Origin: a virus
Taxonomy: Duplodnaviria; Caudoviricetes
Reading direction: 5' to 3' (one strand)
Virus record (IMG/VR): IMGVR_UViG_3300021085_000025
Span: 1,205-65,204 of that record
Length of the DNA stretch: 64,000 bases
Position 1 is the stretch's first letter; the number at the start of each line of letters is the position of its first letter. Made by a program: the position numbers and the translations under genes. Below are positions 18,836-27,607 of the stretch, piece after piece. The notes under the pieces are model-generated. The model did no database searches and was not told the DNA's origin. It was given only the letters and a program-made list of their open reading frames with translations.

Positions 18836-19313
18836 CGTCTGAGTCCTGACTAAAGTTGCCGCTGCCTACTGGTATTTCAATAACTGTGGTAGTTCCATCT
18901 GAATCTACAATAGTCATTTTAATAAATTCTGAACCATCATCATTAGTAATAACCTCGTATGTTACAACGTTACCTTCTAACGTAAACGATCCGTATCGTA
19001 CAGAACCATCATTACTAAACATAGATTCTACTAGCTGTTTAGACATCTGTGCATATATTCTACTTTCCAAGTTTCTTATAAACTTAGCCATAGTAGTATT
19101 TGCTTCTTCTCTTTCAGCAGCCTTTCTTGCGGCTACCAATGCATCATGTATTGCCTTTTTACGAGAATGTTCTTGGTTCTCAATCGTTAAATAATGTGCT
19201 CCAGTTCCAGATCCACTGAATGATGGATTTTTGAACCCAAATTTAATCTCGTCAGCTTGTACAGCCAAGGGAAATATACACATCGCTAATACGACTTTAA
19301 ATTTCATCTTCAT
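18828..19313 (-). CDS. csgF: Curli assembly factor CsgF-like
   Basis: Signal peptide, then FKNPSFSG; C-terminal TTVIEIP; adjacent to csgG. Confidence 0.8.
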   Translation of the reverse strand: MKMKFKVVLAMCIFPLAVQADEIKFGFKNPSFSGSGTGAHYLTIENQEHSRKKAIHDALVAARKAAEREEANTTMAKFIRNLESRIYAQMSKQLVESMFSNDGSVRYGSFTLEGNVVTYEVITNDDGSEFIKMTIVDSDGTTTVIEIPVGSGNFSQDSDGG

Positions 19314-19575
19314 CTTTAATCTCTTTTAATTTCTTTTGCCTCTCTCTGTATTCTAGGACTACTTTTACCTTTTCTTGTAATCGTATCATATCTTGATCAA
19401 GCATTCGGATTTGATCAATAAGTCGTATAAGGCCCATATGCATTTCTTCTAGCTTTGGATCCAATTCTTCATGGATAAACTTCCATATAAAGAAGACGAA
19501 ATAAGCCATCCCTACAATGGCTACACTCGTAAATCCGTACTGCTCGATTAAAACCGCGGGGTTTAAAGCATCCAT
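19297..19575 (-). CDS. Small TM/coiled-coil protein (holin candidate)
   Basis: N-terminal TM; LIDQIRMLDQDMIRL; paralog of the next gene. Confidence 0.55.
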   Translation of the reverse strand: MDALNPAVLIEQYGFTSVAIVGMAYFVFFIWKFIHEELDPKLEEMHMGLIRLIDQIRMLDQDMIRLQEKVKVVLEYRERQKKLKEIKDEDEI

Positions 19576-19578
19576 ATA

Positions 19579-19875
19579 TTAGTCTCTTCTAACGTCTATT
19601 TTGCCGTCTTCTACGAAGTTTTCCGACCTTGCTATTCTATCTATAGGTGGGGTTAACTCCAACGCGCTAGAAACTAACATATCTATCTTTATTATTTCAT
19701 TATTCATCGTTCGAGCTCTATTTTCTAGGCTCTTTGTGAATATATTAAGGGTGTCTATTTGGTCTAAAACGCTTGATAGCATTTGTTTTATAATCGTAAA
19801 TATAAAAAACCCAGACGCTAATGCGCCTGCAATCGGCAATCCTACATCATTGATTAGACCAAATATTTCTGGCAT
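19579..19875 (-). CDS. Small TM/coiled-coil protein (holin candidate)
   Basis: N-terminal TM; LENRARTMNNEIIKI. Confidence 0.55.
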   Translation of the reverse strand: MPEIFGLINDVGLPIAGALASGFFIFTIIKQMLSSVLDQIDTLNIFTKSLENRARTMNNEIIKIDMLVSSALELTPPIDRIARSENFVEDGKIDVRRD

Positions 19876-20120
19876 TAGCTGCTTTTTGCAATACTGACTG
19901 CTTTAAGCCCAGCACCACCTTCTAAGGTATCAGCTGGCATCTTAGAAACTAATTCGATTGCTTTACTTGGAATAGTCATAGTTCCAATAACCGTAGATCC
20001 AGTTTTCTGAGTCATGACAACATCCGCTGCAGTACTGTTATATACTCTTACCAATGTCGCTTTACCCATATCAGTAGCTGATGCTAAATCGCCCTGACTT
20101 CCTAATAATCTGATTTTCAT
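19875..20120 (-). CDS. Hypothetical beta-rich protein
   Basis: AGGAG RBS; 81-aa ORF. Confidence 0.55.
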   Translation of the reverse strand: MKIRLLGSQGDLASATDMGKATLVRVYNSTAADVVMTQKTGSTVIGTMTIPSKAIELVSKMPADTLEGGAGLKAVSIAKSS

Positions 20121-20263
20121 TCTTTTCTCCTGTTATAAACTAATTAAATTCAGTTCTTCTAAACTTTTATGCCAGTCTGAGTATCTAAAAAGGCCTTGCT
20201 TTTTATGACACCAATACCAACCTTTACTTTCTTGTTCCTCTTGTGGAATACTAGATTCTACCT

Positions 20264-20728
20264 TTAAAGGGCCTCTAGCCTTCCCATAAGTCGTTCTGCT
20301 CTGTTCGTCACTTGCTTGTACCATCTTGAATCTCTCCCTTCAATAGCCGCTGTCGGCCAATCACCACATTGCAGCGCTGCGTTGTGTTTATTAAATTTAC
20401 TTAAGCGCGTAAGTCCCATGTTGAACATCATGTTCGCAATGACTTGTTTCACTTCTTGGGGATAACCTTCCCATTCTTCGTGTAATTTTTTACAATCTTC
20501 GACTACTGTTTCTACATCCTTGGCAAAACATTCAACGACTCTATCCTCTGCCACTGGAGTACCGACCTCCAGCCCATGTTCTGGGTCTCCTTCAAGTACC
20601 AAGTGTCCAATGCCAAATGTAGCATAACCGAGGTGATCATTATAAATTTCATTTACTTGTCCCTCATCTATAATTAATTGTTCTCTTAATTGATCAATAT
20701 CAATATCTGTGTCTTTATTCCAAAACAT
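20264..20728 (-). CDS. e: T4-type lysozyme (GH24 endolysin)
   Basis: LIIDEG..IY.DHLGYATFGIGHL, NMMFNMG, SRWYKQVTNRA. Confidence 0.9.
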   Translation of the reverse strand: MFWNKDTDIDIDQLREQLIIDEGQVNEIYNDHLGYATFGIGHLVLEGDPEHGLEVGTPVAEDRVVECFAKDVETVVEDCKKLHEEWEGYPQEVKQVIANMMFNMGLTRLSKFNKHNAALQCGDWPTAAIEGRDSRWYKQVTNRAERLMGRLEAL

Positions 20729-20738
20729 GTTATTTTCC

Positions 20739-21608
20739 TTAGAATATTACCTGTGCTTGCGCGTTTAAGTCAGCTTTAACGTATACGTAGTATGTTGGTG
20801 AGCTAGTTTTAGTAAATGTGAATTTAAATATTGGATCAGCTGATACTGTGCAAAAAGTTTGACCGAATGGGAAACCGCCATAAGCGTCAGCAAAACATTC
20901 AATATCTACCCTTAAAGTTTGAGGGGTAAAAGAGCTACTTGTTTGAACTGGTATTGTTGCAGTACCGGTATGTGTCCACAGATCTGTTCCGCTGTTATAG
21001 GTCAATGTATTAAAACCAGTCTTAGTCACACTAATTTCTGCATTACTAGTACCACCACTAACAGTTCCATTTTGATCTATTTCAACTGCACATTTATATC
21101 CGCTATCAATACCTATAATTTCAATTGAAGGGTTGGGTGGTAAATCACCAGCACCAGTACCTAAAGTAATTTCAGTTCCGTCTGGTTCGTAATAGCGATC
21201 GTCATCATCCGCTTGCAAGCGGGCGTTTGCAATTGGCTGAGCACGAATTCCAACATTCCCTGCAAGATTATAATATATATAAAACCTAGCCATAGCTTGA
21301 GCATCACATTGTTCACCTGAGCCTTGTATGTCAGATTCCGCTTGTGAGAAAATACCTTTACTTGGATTGCCGGTTTCATTACCTCTAACTGTAAAATCAG
21401 CATAGACTGCCGACCAACCATGAAATTCTGAAATGCCATATGGCGCAGTCCCATTCGGTGTTCCGGTAAGATCCACTGAGGCGTAATCGTTTGTACCATT
21501 TACTGATAATCCTTTAAGACTTACGTTGGTTCTTTCAGTAGTAGATCCTTGTTTTTCATCAAGAATCGTCTGTAACGATATCTGGTTTGGTGAACTTGGT
21601 AGTGCCAT
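20739..21608 (-). CDS. Putative virion structural/fibre protein
   Basis: MALPSS..ISL and P..ISEF.G N-terminal module; T/S/G-rich beta body; late operon. Confidence 0.5.
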   Translation of the reverse strand: MALPSSPNQISLQTILDEKQGSTTERTNVSLKGLSVNGTNDYASVDLTGTPNGTAPYGISEFHGWSAVYADFTVRGNETGNPSKGIFSQAESDIQGSGEQCDAQAMARFYIYYNLAGNVGIRAQPIANARLQADDDDRYYEPDGTEITLGTGAGDLPPNPSIEIIGIDSGYKCAVEIDQNGTVSGGTSNAEISVTKTGFNTLTYNSGTDLWTHTGTATIPVQTSSSFTPQTLRVDIECFADAYGGFPFGQTFCTVSADPIFKFTFTKTSSPTYYVYVKADLNAQAQVIF

Positions 21609-21871
21609 TACTTAATAATCTCCGTAATCAAATCTTCGAATTGTTCTATCTTCTCGACCCTGTTAGGCCATAGAATATATTCCTTTTCAGGATTCTTCTT
21701 TAAATTTGTTAATAAGGGAAGTATAGAATTATAAAGCTTATTTAGCTTATCTTCTAATTCATGAGCAGTGGCCGAAGCAGTAGATGCCTCAGACTTTACC
21801 GATTGTACGGCTTCAAGCTCGTTTTCATCAACGGCAGTAAAGCCAAAATCAAAATCTAATAAATCACTCAT
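21608..21871 (-). CDS. Conserved hypothetical protein
   Basis: DFGFTAVDE, PLL.NLKKNPEKEYI.WPNR. Confidence 0.6.
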   Translation of the reverse strand: MSDLLDFDFGFTAVDENELEAVQSVKSEASTASATAHELEDKLNKLYNSILPLLTNLKKNPEKEYILWPNRVEKIEQFEDLITEIIK

Positions 21872-21891
21872 GTAATTCTCTCCTTTACTAT

Positions 21892-21899
21892 TATTTATA
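21892..21899 (-). promoter_or_regulatory. Late promoter TATAAATA heading the lysin-curli-cyclase operon
   Basis: Exact consensus about 20 nt upstream of ATG 21871. Confidence 0.75.
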
Positions 21900-21923
21900 C
21901 AAGTAAAGAAGCTAAAATCATGA

Positions 21924-22037
21924 TTAATCAGTTGAGCATTGACGCTGGAGTTCTTTTAGTGTTTCTATAAGTTCTTCTATTGTATTGACATCGTGTGAAT
22001 TCTCTGTATCAATTTCAACGTTTATTGTTATCTTCAT
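21924..22037 (-). CDS. Small hypothetical protein (37 aa)
   Basis: MKITINVEIDTENSHD..., read manually. Confidence 0.4.
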   Translation of the reverse strand: MKITINVEIDTENSHDVNTIEELIETLKELQRQCSTD

Positions 22038-22230
22038 AAGTTATGGCCGTGACCTTAAGTAATTGTAAAGCCCGCCTCTTTAGTTCGTTTCTAATTTTTT
22101 GTTTTCTTTTATTTGGAGTACTACTATTCTCCACTGCAGATAATAGTTCATCCATAGGAGTCGATTTCATATAAAAGTTTTGAACAGAGCCGTCTCTGTT
22201 TTTCATAGATTCTTTAAATTTTATAGGCAT
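22015..22230 (-). CDS. Hypothetical protein
   Basis: ORF in operon. Confidence 0.5.
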   Translation of the reverse strand: MPIKFKESMKNRDGSVQNFYMKSTPMDELLSAVENSSTPNKRKQKIRNELKRRALQLLKVTAITYEDNNKR

Positions 22231-22824
22231 TTAACTTTCTCCTGTAATATGGTTATATATATACTTCCATTTCCAGAATCTTGGAATATCACCGTGATAA
22301 TATGCGTTATGTTCGTGTGCAACTAGTATTGAATTAAGACCGAATGTTTTACCGACTTCGGCGTTTTCAGGTTTATCTTCTACCCAGAAACATTCAGTGC
22401 CTTCATATTTTTTAAGCACTTCATCTTTGTCGGCGCCGCAAGGCAAATAAATAAAGTCGTCAAACATTTCTTTACCAAACAACAATTCGAGATTTTGAGT
22501 TCTTAACCTTTGAGCATACTTGTTATCACTTAAAGACGTAATACAGTGGAACCTATATCCATGCAACATATTAAGTCTTTTCATGTAATATACAGCATCT
22601 CTTAAAGGCGGTAAGAATGCTATAGCCGCCGAGTCGTTAAAGTCTTCTACGCGTCTCTTTCCAAAATCTTTAGAAATGCCGAATCTTTGTCCAACATTAT
22701 ATTGACCTTTATCGACTGTTGGGTAACCTTTGTGATTCATATATTGAGTAAACGCGTATTCCCAATCACATAATACACCATCGCAATCTACTAGAATTAT
22801 ATTGTCTTTCATGTTCTTATCCAT
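22231..22824 (-). CDS. HAD-family 5'(3')-deoxyribonucleotidase-like protein
   Basis: LVDCDGVL motif I, ITS, WVEDK. Confidence 0.75.
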   Translation of the reverse strand: MDKNMKDNIILVDCDGVLCDWEYAFTQYMNHKGYPTVDKGQYNVGQRFGISKDFGKRRVEDFNDSAAIAFLPPLRDAVYYMKRLNMLHGYRFHCITSLSDNKYAQRLRTQNLELLFGKEMFDDFIYLPCGADKDEVLKKYEGTECFWVEDKPENAEVGKTFGLNSILVAHEHNAYYHGDIPRFWKWKYIYNHITGES

Positions 22825-23048
22825 TAGTGAAACCTCCTTGCAACGCCATCAATTATCAATTGATCCACGTGGAGGTTACCTCTGATATCCATAAACCCAT
22901 GTTCCATTAACATTTCACATAAGATATCCCAGGCATCGTCTTCTTTAGAAATAGCCAGTTTAACCATTTCCTCATTCATTAAAGGTATGTGGACAATTCC
23001 CATTTCTGGGTTATCTACAGGCCTTCCTATTATTCCGTTTTTCATCAT
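22824..23048 (-). CDS. Hypothetical protein
   Basis: GAGG RBS after early promoter. Confidence 0.5.
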   Translation of the reverse strand: MMKNGIIGRPVDNPEMGIVHIPLMNEEMVKLAISKEDDAWDILCEMLMEHGFMDIRGNLHVDQLIIDGVARRFH

Positions 23049-23073
23049 ATTTATTACCTCTCAATATATTCAT

Positions 23074-23103
23074 ATTATAACATACTTTTGAGAGTTTGTA
23101 CAC
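23074..23103 (-). promoter_or_regulatory. Early promoter GTGTACA-N17-TATAAT
   Basis: Consensus match. Confidence 0.75.
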
Positions 23104-23106
23104 TGT

Positions 23107-23316
23107 TTATTTGAAATATTTATCCAATATTTCGTACTTGTCGACGTATTCAGCCATCAAGCCAAGTTCTTTTTCAAGTGTTTCCATTTGATCTGAATGT
23201 TCACCAACTGAAACTTGATTACATAAAATGATTTCTGCGTTCATTTTATGTTTTGCAAGTTGCGCTTGCATATATTGCATAGATATTTTTACCATCTGAT
23301 CTCTAAAGCTTTTCAT
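23107..23316 (-). CDS. Hypothetical protein
   Basis: VGEHSD..ETLEKEL motif; GGAG RBS. Confidence 0.55.
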   Translation of the reverse strand: MKSFRDQMVKISMQYMQAQLAKHKMNAEIILCNQVSVGEHSDQMETLEKELGLMAEYVDKYEILDKYFK

Positions 23317-23317
23317 A

Positions 23318-23995
23318 TTATCTCCCAAATAATTTTCGTCTTTTATACTCAGCTATTGTGCTTAATAGCTTCTCAGTCCAGTTATCACGATGCTCGATAA
23401 ATACTTGAGCTCCTTGATCACCAGCAATTAAGGTTACCAATTGTGTAATAGGCATACCCGTTCTTTCTTCCCACATGATTGCATATGCAGTTTCTTGTGT
23501 AAAGTAACCTTCGCAATACTCTTTCTTCTTTGGTTTTGCGGAGGTTTTATAATCGATAATAGAAGGCTTACCATTCCATATACCCACACAATCCACTCTT
23601 CCTGCTACACCTAAATGTTCAGAATAAAGAGCAGCTTCTTGGGCATAAACCTTTGTAAGGTTCGCATCAAGGATTTCTTTTACTTCCATGAAGTTTGACT
23701 TAACAACAAGATTTGCATCTTGAAAATAATCCTCTTCATTATCAACGTACCTTTCTAATACTTCATGAACTGCCGTTCCACGGGTCGAAGCTCTATGAGA
23801 AACTCTATTAGCTTCTTCGTCTCCGACCCGTGCTCTCCACCTTTGTATAGCTTCTTCGCTTAAGATTGAAAGTACTGTTGTAATAGAAGGATACTTAACA
23901 CCATTAGGGGCGGCATATTTTCTGCCAGTATCAGTAGTGTTTGCCACCATGTCATCGTAACCGAGATCAATAGATTCATGTTTAAAGTTTCCCAT
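23318..23995 (-). CDS. PD-(D/E)XK exonuclease
   Basis: YPSITTVL, RGTAVH, AGRVDC, IIDYKTS, Q..AYA. Confidence 0.85.
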   Translation of the reverse strand: MGNFKHESIDLGYDDMVANTTDTGRKYAAPNGVKYPSITTVLSILSEEAIQRWRARVGDEEANRVSHRASTRGTAVHEVLERYVDNEEDYFQDANLVVKSNFMEVKEILDANLTKVYAQEAALYSEHLGVAGRVDCVGIWNGKPSIIDYKTSAKPKKKEYCEGYFTQETAYAIMWEERTGMPITQLVTLIAGDQGAQVFIEHRDNWTEKLLSTIAEYKRRKLFGR

Positions 23996-24665
23996 TTTCA
24001 TATAATTCCTTTGTCATAATAAAGTCTCTCACAAATCCACTTCGAACAATGTCTTCCCATTTAAATTCGATGTGATCAAAAGAGTTCATGTGTTGGATAA
24101 TATTAATAAATTCTTTAATACCATCTTGATCACCCTTTCGAGTGAAGTCTGATTGATAATAATCACCAGACATAATAAATCTGCAGTCTTCTCCAAGACG
24201 TGTAATTACCGAGCATAGTTCATGATAGTTACAGTTTTGCGACTCATCAACTATTACAATTGCGTTCTTAATAGTCAATCCTCTTATAAACGATGTTGTA
24301 AGAAACTCTATAGACTTGCTCTGAATCATTTTGTTCCATCCGTCGCTATCTTCAAATAAGTCGTTAACGATTGCTTTATAGGGAGCAGTATATGCGTCCT
24401 CTTTTTCTTCCTGAGTTCCTGGTAGAAATCCCATGTCTCTTGTAGGAACGGCAGATCTTACAATAATAACCTTTTGATAATCTTTATTAAGCACTGCTTC
24501 TAACGCAAGATAAAGTGAAATAAACGTTTTACCAGTTCCGGCTGAACCATCTAAACATAAATGGTTACCTGAAGCAAAAGAATCAAATGCAAGTTTTTGA
24601 TTTGCGGTCAATGGCTCGAGCTTTACTAAATGCTCTAATCTTAAACGTGATGGTTTCTTATTCAT
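23982..24665 (-). CDS. phoH: PhoH-family ATPase
   Basis: GSAGTGKT, GFLPG, IRGLT, DESQN, GDYYQSD, IVRSG. Confidence 0.92.
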   Translation of the reverse strand: MNKKPSRLRLEHLVKLEPLTANQKLAFDSFASGNHLCLDGSAGTGKTFISLYLALEAVLNKDYQKVIIVRSAVPTRDMGFLPGTQEEKEDAYTAPYKAIVNDLFEDSDGWNKMIQSKSIEFLTTSFIRGLTIKNAIVIVDESQNCNYHELCSVITRLGEDCRFIMSGDYYQSDFTRKGDQDGIKEFINIIQHMNSFDHIEFKWEDIVRSGFVRDFIMTKELYENGKL

Positions 24666-24904
24666 TTTGTATTAATATTATCCCTTAGTCTTGGTGGTAA
24701 ACCTTTTTTAATTTTCTGTTGAACTTCTTTCCAGCCATCGCCAGCTTTACGGCCGACAGATCCTGATACTTCCCCAATGATCATTGGCGTACCAACAACT
24801 TGCTGAATATTCGGATCTTTGACATATTCTTGCATATCAGCAATAGTCATCATTTTAGTTTCTACTTCACCCGTTTCTAAATTTTTAAAGTCATATAATG
24901 GCAT
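24662..24904 (-). CDS. FmdB-like small protein
   Basis: MPLYDFKN.ETGE; follows the denV-like gene; Cys ligands absent. Confidence 0.55.
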   Translation of the reverse strand: MPLYDFKNLETGEVETKMMTIADMQEYVKDPNIQQVVGTPMIIGEVSGSVGRKAGDGWKEVQQKIKKGLPPRLRDNINTK

Positions 24905-25445
24905 TGAACCACTCCGGTTGTTTACGTTTGGTCCAAAGCATTTTGAACCTTTCTTGTTTTGTTTGGTAAAATGCACGATATGATTTAACTGCGTCTTCGA
25001 AGATACATTCCGGATTAGAACTCATTGCTAATTTGAATGGGGTCATGACAGTTGTTTGAGTAATTTTATGTGGAAGATTACTTAATATCTTTCTAAGCTT
25101 TGCGTCAGCCGCGTGAACTTTACCATACCTATATGTATACTCATCGCATAAAGCGATGAAATGTTTGTAGTGCCATCTATAGTTTTGGTCACTCTCACGT
25201 GTCCATACTGTTGACGGATGATTATAATGACAAGCCTTATAAAGAACATCTTCACGATGGTCGTCAAGCTTATAATATTGTAACATAGAACCAGACTTCG
25301 AAGGTCTGCGCTCCATTACTCCATCCACCATGCGGTGAACTGTTGATAGCATCTGTGCAGATTCTACGGCCATTTTTACTACATGTTTGTCGCATTGCTG
25401 TTGTGCAGCTTGCACTGGATCATCGTCTAAAATAAATATATTCAT
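24891..25445 (-). CDS. Pyrimidine-dimer DNA glycosylase-like protein
   Basis: MNIFILD..CDKHVVKM..ESAQMLST, HPSTVW, EYTYRYGK.H. Confidence 0.75.
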   Translation of the reverse strand: MNIFILDDDPVQAAQQQCDKHVVKMAVESAQMLSTVHRMVDGVMERRPSKSGSMLQYYKLDDHREDVLYKACHYNHPSTVWTRESDQNYRWHYKHFIALCDEYTYRYGKVHAADAKLRKILSNLPHKITQTTVMTPFKLAMSSNPECIFEDAVKSYRAFYQTKQERFKMLWTKRKQPEWFNAII

Positions 25446-25452
25446 AATGTAT

Positions 25453-25482
25453 ATTATACCATGGTTTCAATCAAAAGTAAAC
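25453..25482 (-). promoter_or_regulatory. Early promoter GTTTACT-N17-TATAAT
   Basis: Consensus match; the -35 overlaps an ACCCCTTT...AAAGGGGT hairpin. Confidence 0.7.
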
Positions 25483-25518
25483 CCCTTTTTGAAATTATTT
25501 TCGCAAAGGGGTCATTGC

Positions 25519-25689
25519 TTATTGTAGCTTGTTTATTGCCTCCATATCATCTAGGAAGTGATTTAAGTGAGCGATCTTTTTTTCCATCTTGTACGCTAGC
25601 ACATCTTTTCCTTTTTTCATTAATTTCTTTTGATAGTATAATGCCTCATTTCTATCTTTCTTAAGGCGTTCAATTTGAATATAACTCAT
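25519..25689 (-). CDS. Small basic hypothetical protein (56 aa)
   Basis: MSYIQIERLKKDRNEALYYQKK... with GGAG RBS, read manually. Confidence 0.55.
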   Translation of the reverse strand: MSYIQIERLKKDRNEALYYQKKLMKKGKDVLAYKMEKKIAHLNHFLDDMEAINKLQ

Positions 25690-25754
25690 AAGCAATCTCC
25701 GGGTTAAGTGAATTGAAAAACTATCATGATATAGATTGTATCGTTAGACTTCTC

Positions 25755-26174
25755 CTATTTTTTAATTAAATCTGGAAATGCTGCCTTAACTAACGTCTTT
25801 GTGATGTACTTGTACTTTAGTTTTTTATCTTTGGCATTACAGAAAAGAACTGCATCTTCCGGATGAATAGATTCAAGCATGTCGATAAAACTCGTCTCAC
25901 GCTTAAATTGATTTAAATTGGGTGAAGCTGCCTGCACAAAATTCCGAAACTTAGGATATTCGAATCTGAGTTCTAATAGAGTTTTTTCGGGGTCAGCTTT
26001 TTTAAAAGGCGGTTCGCCTTCAGGTAATGATAATGTTATACTATCGTCTAAACCGATACGTAAAATGTCTTTAAGAGCAGTACAATCGTGCTCCTGTAAA
26101 TAGTTAATCCTTTTTCCTTTGGATCCTAGTTTATTAGCCGCGGCTAATATTTCTGATATTAATGGTTTATCCAT
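25755..26174 (-). CDS. Conserved T4-like hypothetical protein
   Basis: LPEGEPPF, KRE..FI.MLE.IHP.DA; downstream of rnh. Confidence 0.6.
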   Translation of the reverse strand: MDKPLISEILAAANKLGSKGKRINYLQEHDCTALKDILRIGLDDSITLSLPEGEPPFKKADPEKTLLELRFEYPKFRNFVQAASPNLNQFKRETSFIDMLESIHPEDAVLFCNAKDKKLKYKYITKTLVKAAFPDLIKK

Positions 26175-27021
26175 TATAAAATTCCTCCACACTTTCAATC
26201 AATAGATTGCATCTTTTTTTAATTAAATAGTTTAATACTTTCATTTTCATTGGGATTTTTTGTCCCTCAAAAGTATTTATAATATTATTTCTATGAGTGT
26301 CAGGCATTTCATTTAAATCAATCAGAGTTTTATTTCGTTGATAGTTCCTATACTCTTCCTCAGTCATAACTGCTTTTAAGTTATCCGAGTTTTCAGCCCA
26401 ATGTTGTATTTTCTTTTTAGTCATTGGAGACTGCCTGATTTCATCCATGATAGCATTATCGGGTGATAATATATTAGGAATACCGTCACCTTTGTCTCCC
26501 TTACATATATGCTCGAAACAATATGTTCTAGGATTAGGATCAGATACCATTTTCTTTTGAATCGGCGAATACTGCTTGACGTTATTATATTTGTGTAGCT
26601 GAATAAAGTCTTTGTCAGAAGAGATAATCATCACAGGTTCATGTTTGCCAAACTCTTGAGTTTCCATAGCAAGGGCTCCAATAACATCATCGGCCTCACA
26701 ACCTTCTAAATGAATAACCTTATATGGAAGGTTTTCTTTGATCTCTTCTCTGACTAAATTTAGAATCCTAAATATTTCAGGCCAATCTTGATCTGATTCA
26801 GCCCTATTCTTTTTACGATGTGCTTTATACAAAGGAAAATAATCCTTTCTCCATGTATTCATTCCGTCGGCACAAATTACCATTTGTCCGTACTCACCAC
26901 GATACTTTTTGTTGTACATGCGAATACTATTGAGAATCATATGTCGTATCATATTCTCATCATTAAGTTTTTGTACTATAATATTAGATAGCGCTATTTG
27001 GCTATAGTCAAGTAAAATCAT
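26167..27021 (-). CDS. rnh: RNase H / 5'-3' exonuclease
   Basis: WRK..FP.YK, EADD, SSDKDF.QL, GDKGDGIPN. Confidence 0.92.
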   Translation of the reverse strand: MILLDYSQIALSNIIVQKLNDENMIRHMILNSIRMYNKKYRGEYGQMVICADGMNTWRKDYFPLYKAHRKKNRAESDQDWPEIFRILNLVREEIKENLPYKVIHLEGCEADDVIGALAMETQEFGKHEPVMIISSDKDFIQLHKYNNVKQYSPIQKKMVSDPNPRTYCFEHICKGDKGDGIPNILSPDNAIMDEIRQSPMTKKKIQHWAENSDNLKAVMTEEEYRNYQRNKTLIDLNEMPDTHRNNIINTFEGQKIPMKMKVLNYLIKKRCNLLIESVEEFYNG

Positions 27022-27350
27022 TCTTTAGCTTCCATTAGTTTTTCATATAACACGTCAAAGTACTCATGCATAAAATGATGCACTCCGCCGTATCTCATTA
27101 GCATCGAAGATATTAAATTTACAATTACAAACATATCCCTAGCTTCAGGGAATTGGTTGTCTCTAAAATCAATATGTTCAAATGAGCTACTATCATTTAA
27201 TAGCAACTCTTCAATCATCAATAGTATGACTTGAGATGTATCTTTACATTCTTCGGTGAATGCTTCGTATTCTTCTCTCTCATACTCAAGCTCGTCTTCT
27301 ATTTGTTGTATTCTTTCCTTAAGGGGAAAGTGTATTATATTGTCTTTCAT
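27018..27350 (-). CDS. Hypothetical acidic protein
   Basis: NIIHFP start; follows early promoter 27359-27388. Confidence 0.5.
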   Translation of the reverse strand: MKDNIIHFPLKERIQQIEDELEYEREEYEAFTEECKDTSQVILLMIEELLLNDSSSFEHIDFRDNQFPEARDMFVIVNLISSMLMRYGGVHHFMHEYFDVLYEKLMEAKE

Positions 27351-27358
27351 ATGCATAT

Positions 27359-27388
27359 ATTATATCACAGTTTCTACGAAAAGTAAAC
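27359..27388 (-). promoter_or_regulatory. Early promoter GTTTACT-N17-TATAAT
   Basis: Consensus match. Confidence 0.7.
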
Positions 27389-27403
27389 ACTTTTTTTATT
27401 TAA

Positions 27404-27598
27404 TTACACTACACCTATGTCATGACTCTTTATAGTTGTGGTTACCAACCGGCCAAACTTATCATAGATGTAAGTGGCGACTTCTTGTACTTCATCCTTT
27501 ACTCTAACAGAGGTTTTTACATATCCCTGTTCTTTCTCGTAATCTACAGGAAGAGGTTCGTGAGGGACTCGTACAACTTGTGATATACCTTCAATCAT
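27404..27598 (-). CDS. Hypothetical protein
   Basis: ORF with RBS. Confidence 0.45.
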   Translation of the reverse strand: MIEGISQVVRVPHEPLPVDYEKEQGYVKTSVRVKDEVQEVATYIYDKFGRLVTTTIKSHDIGVV

Positions 27599-27607
27599 AT
27601 TAGTTCC

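Noticed and set aside
20133-20324. 63-aa ORF after lysozyme
   Set aside because: Overlaps the lysozyme gene by about 60 nt with no clear start; a shorter peptide is possible but unsupported
23318-23995. Cas4/CRISPR-associated nuclease
   Set aside because: No Fe-S Cys cluster, cas genes or array; ordinary phage exonuclease next to phoH
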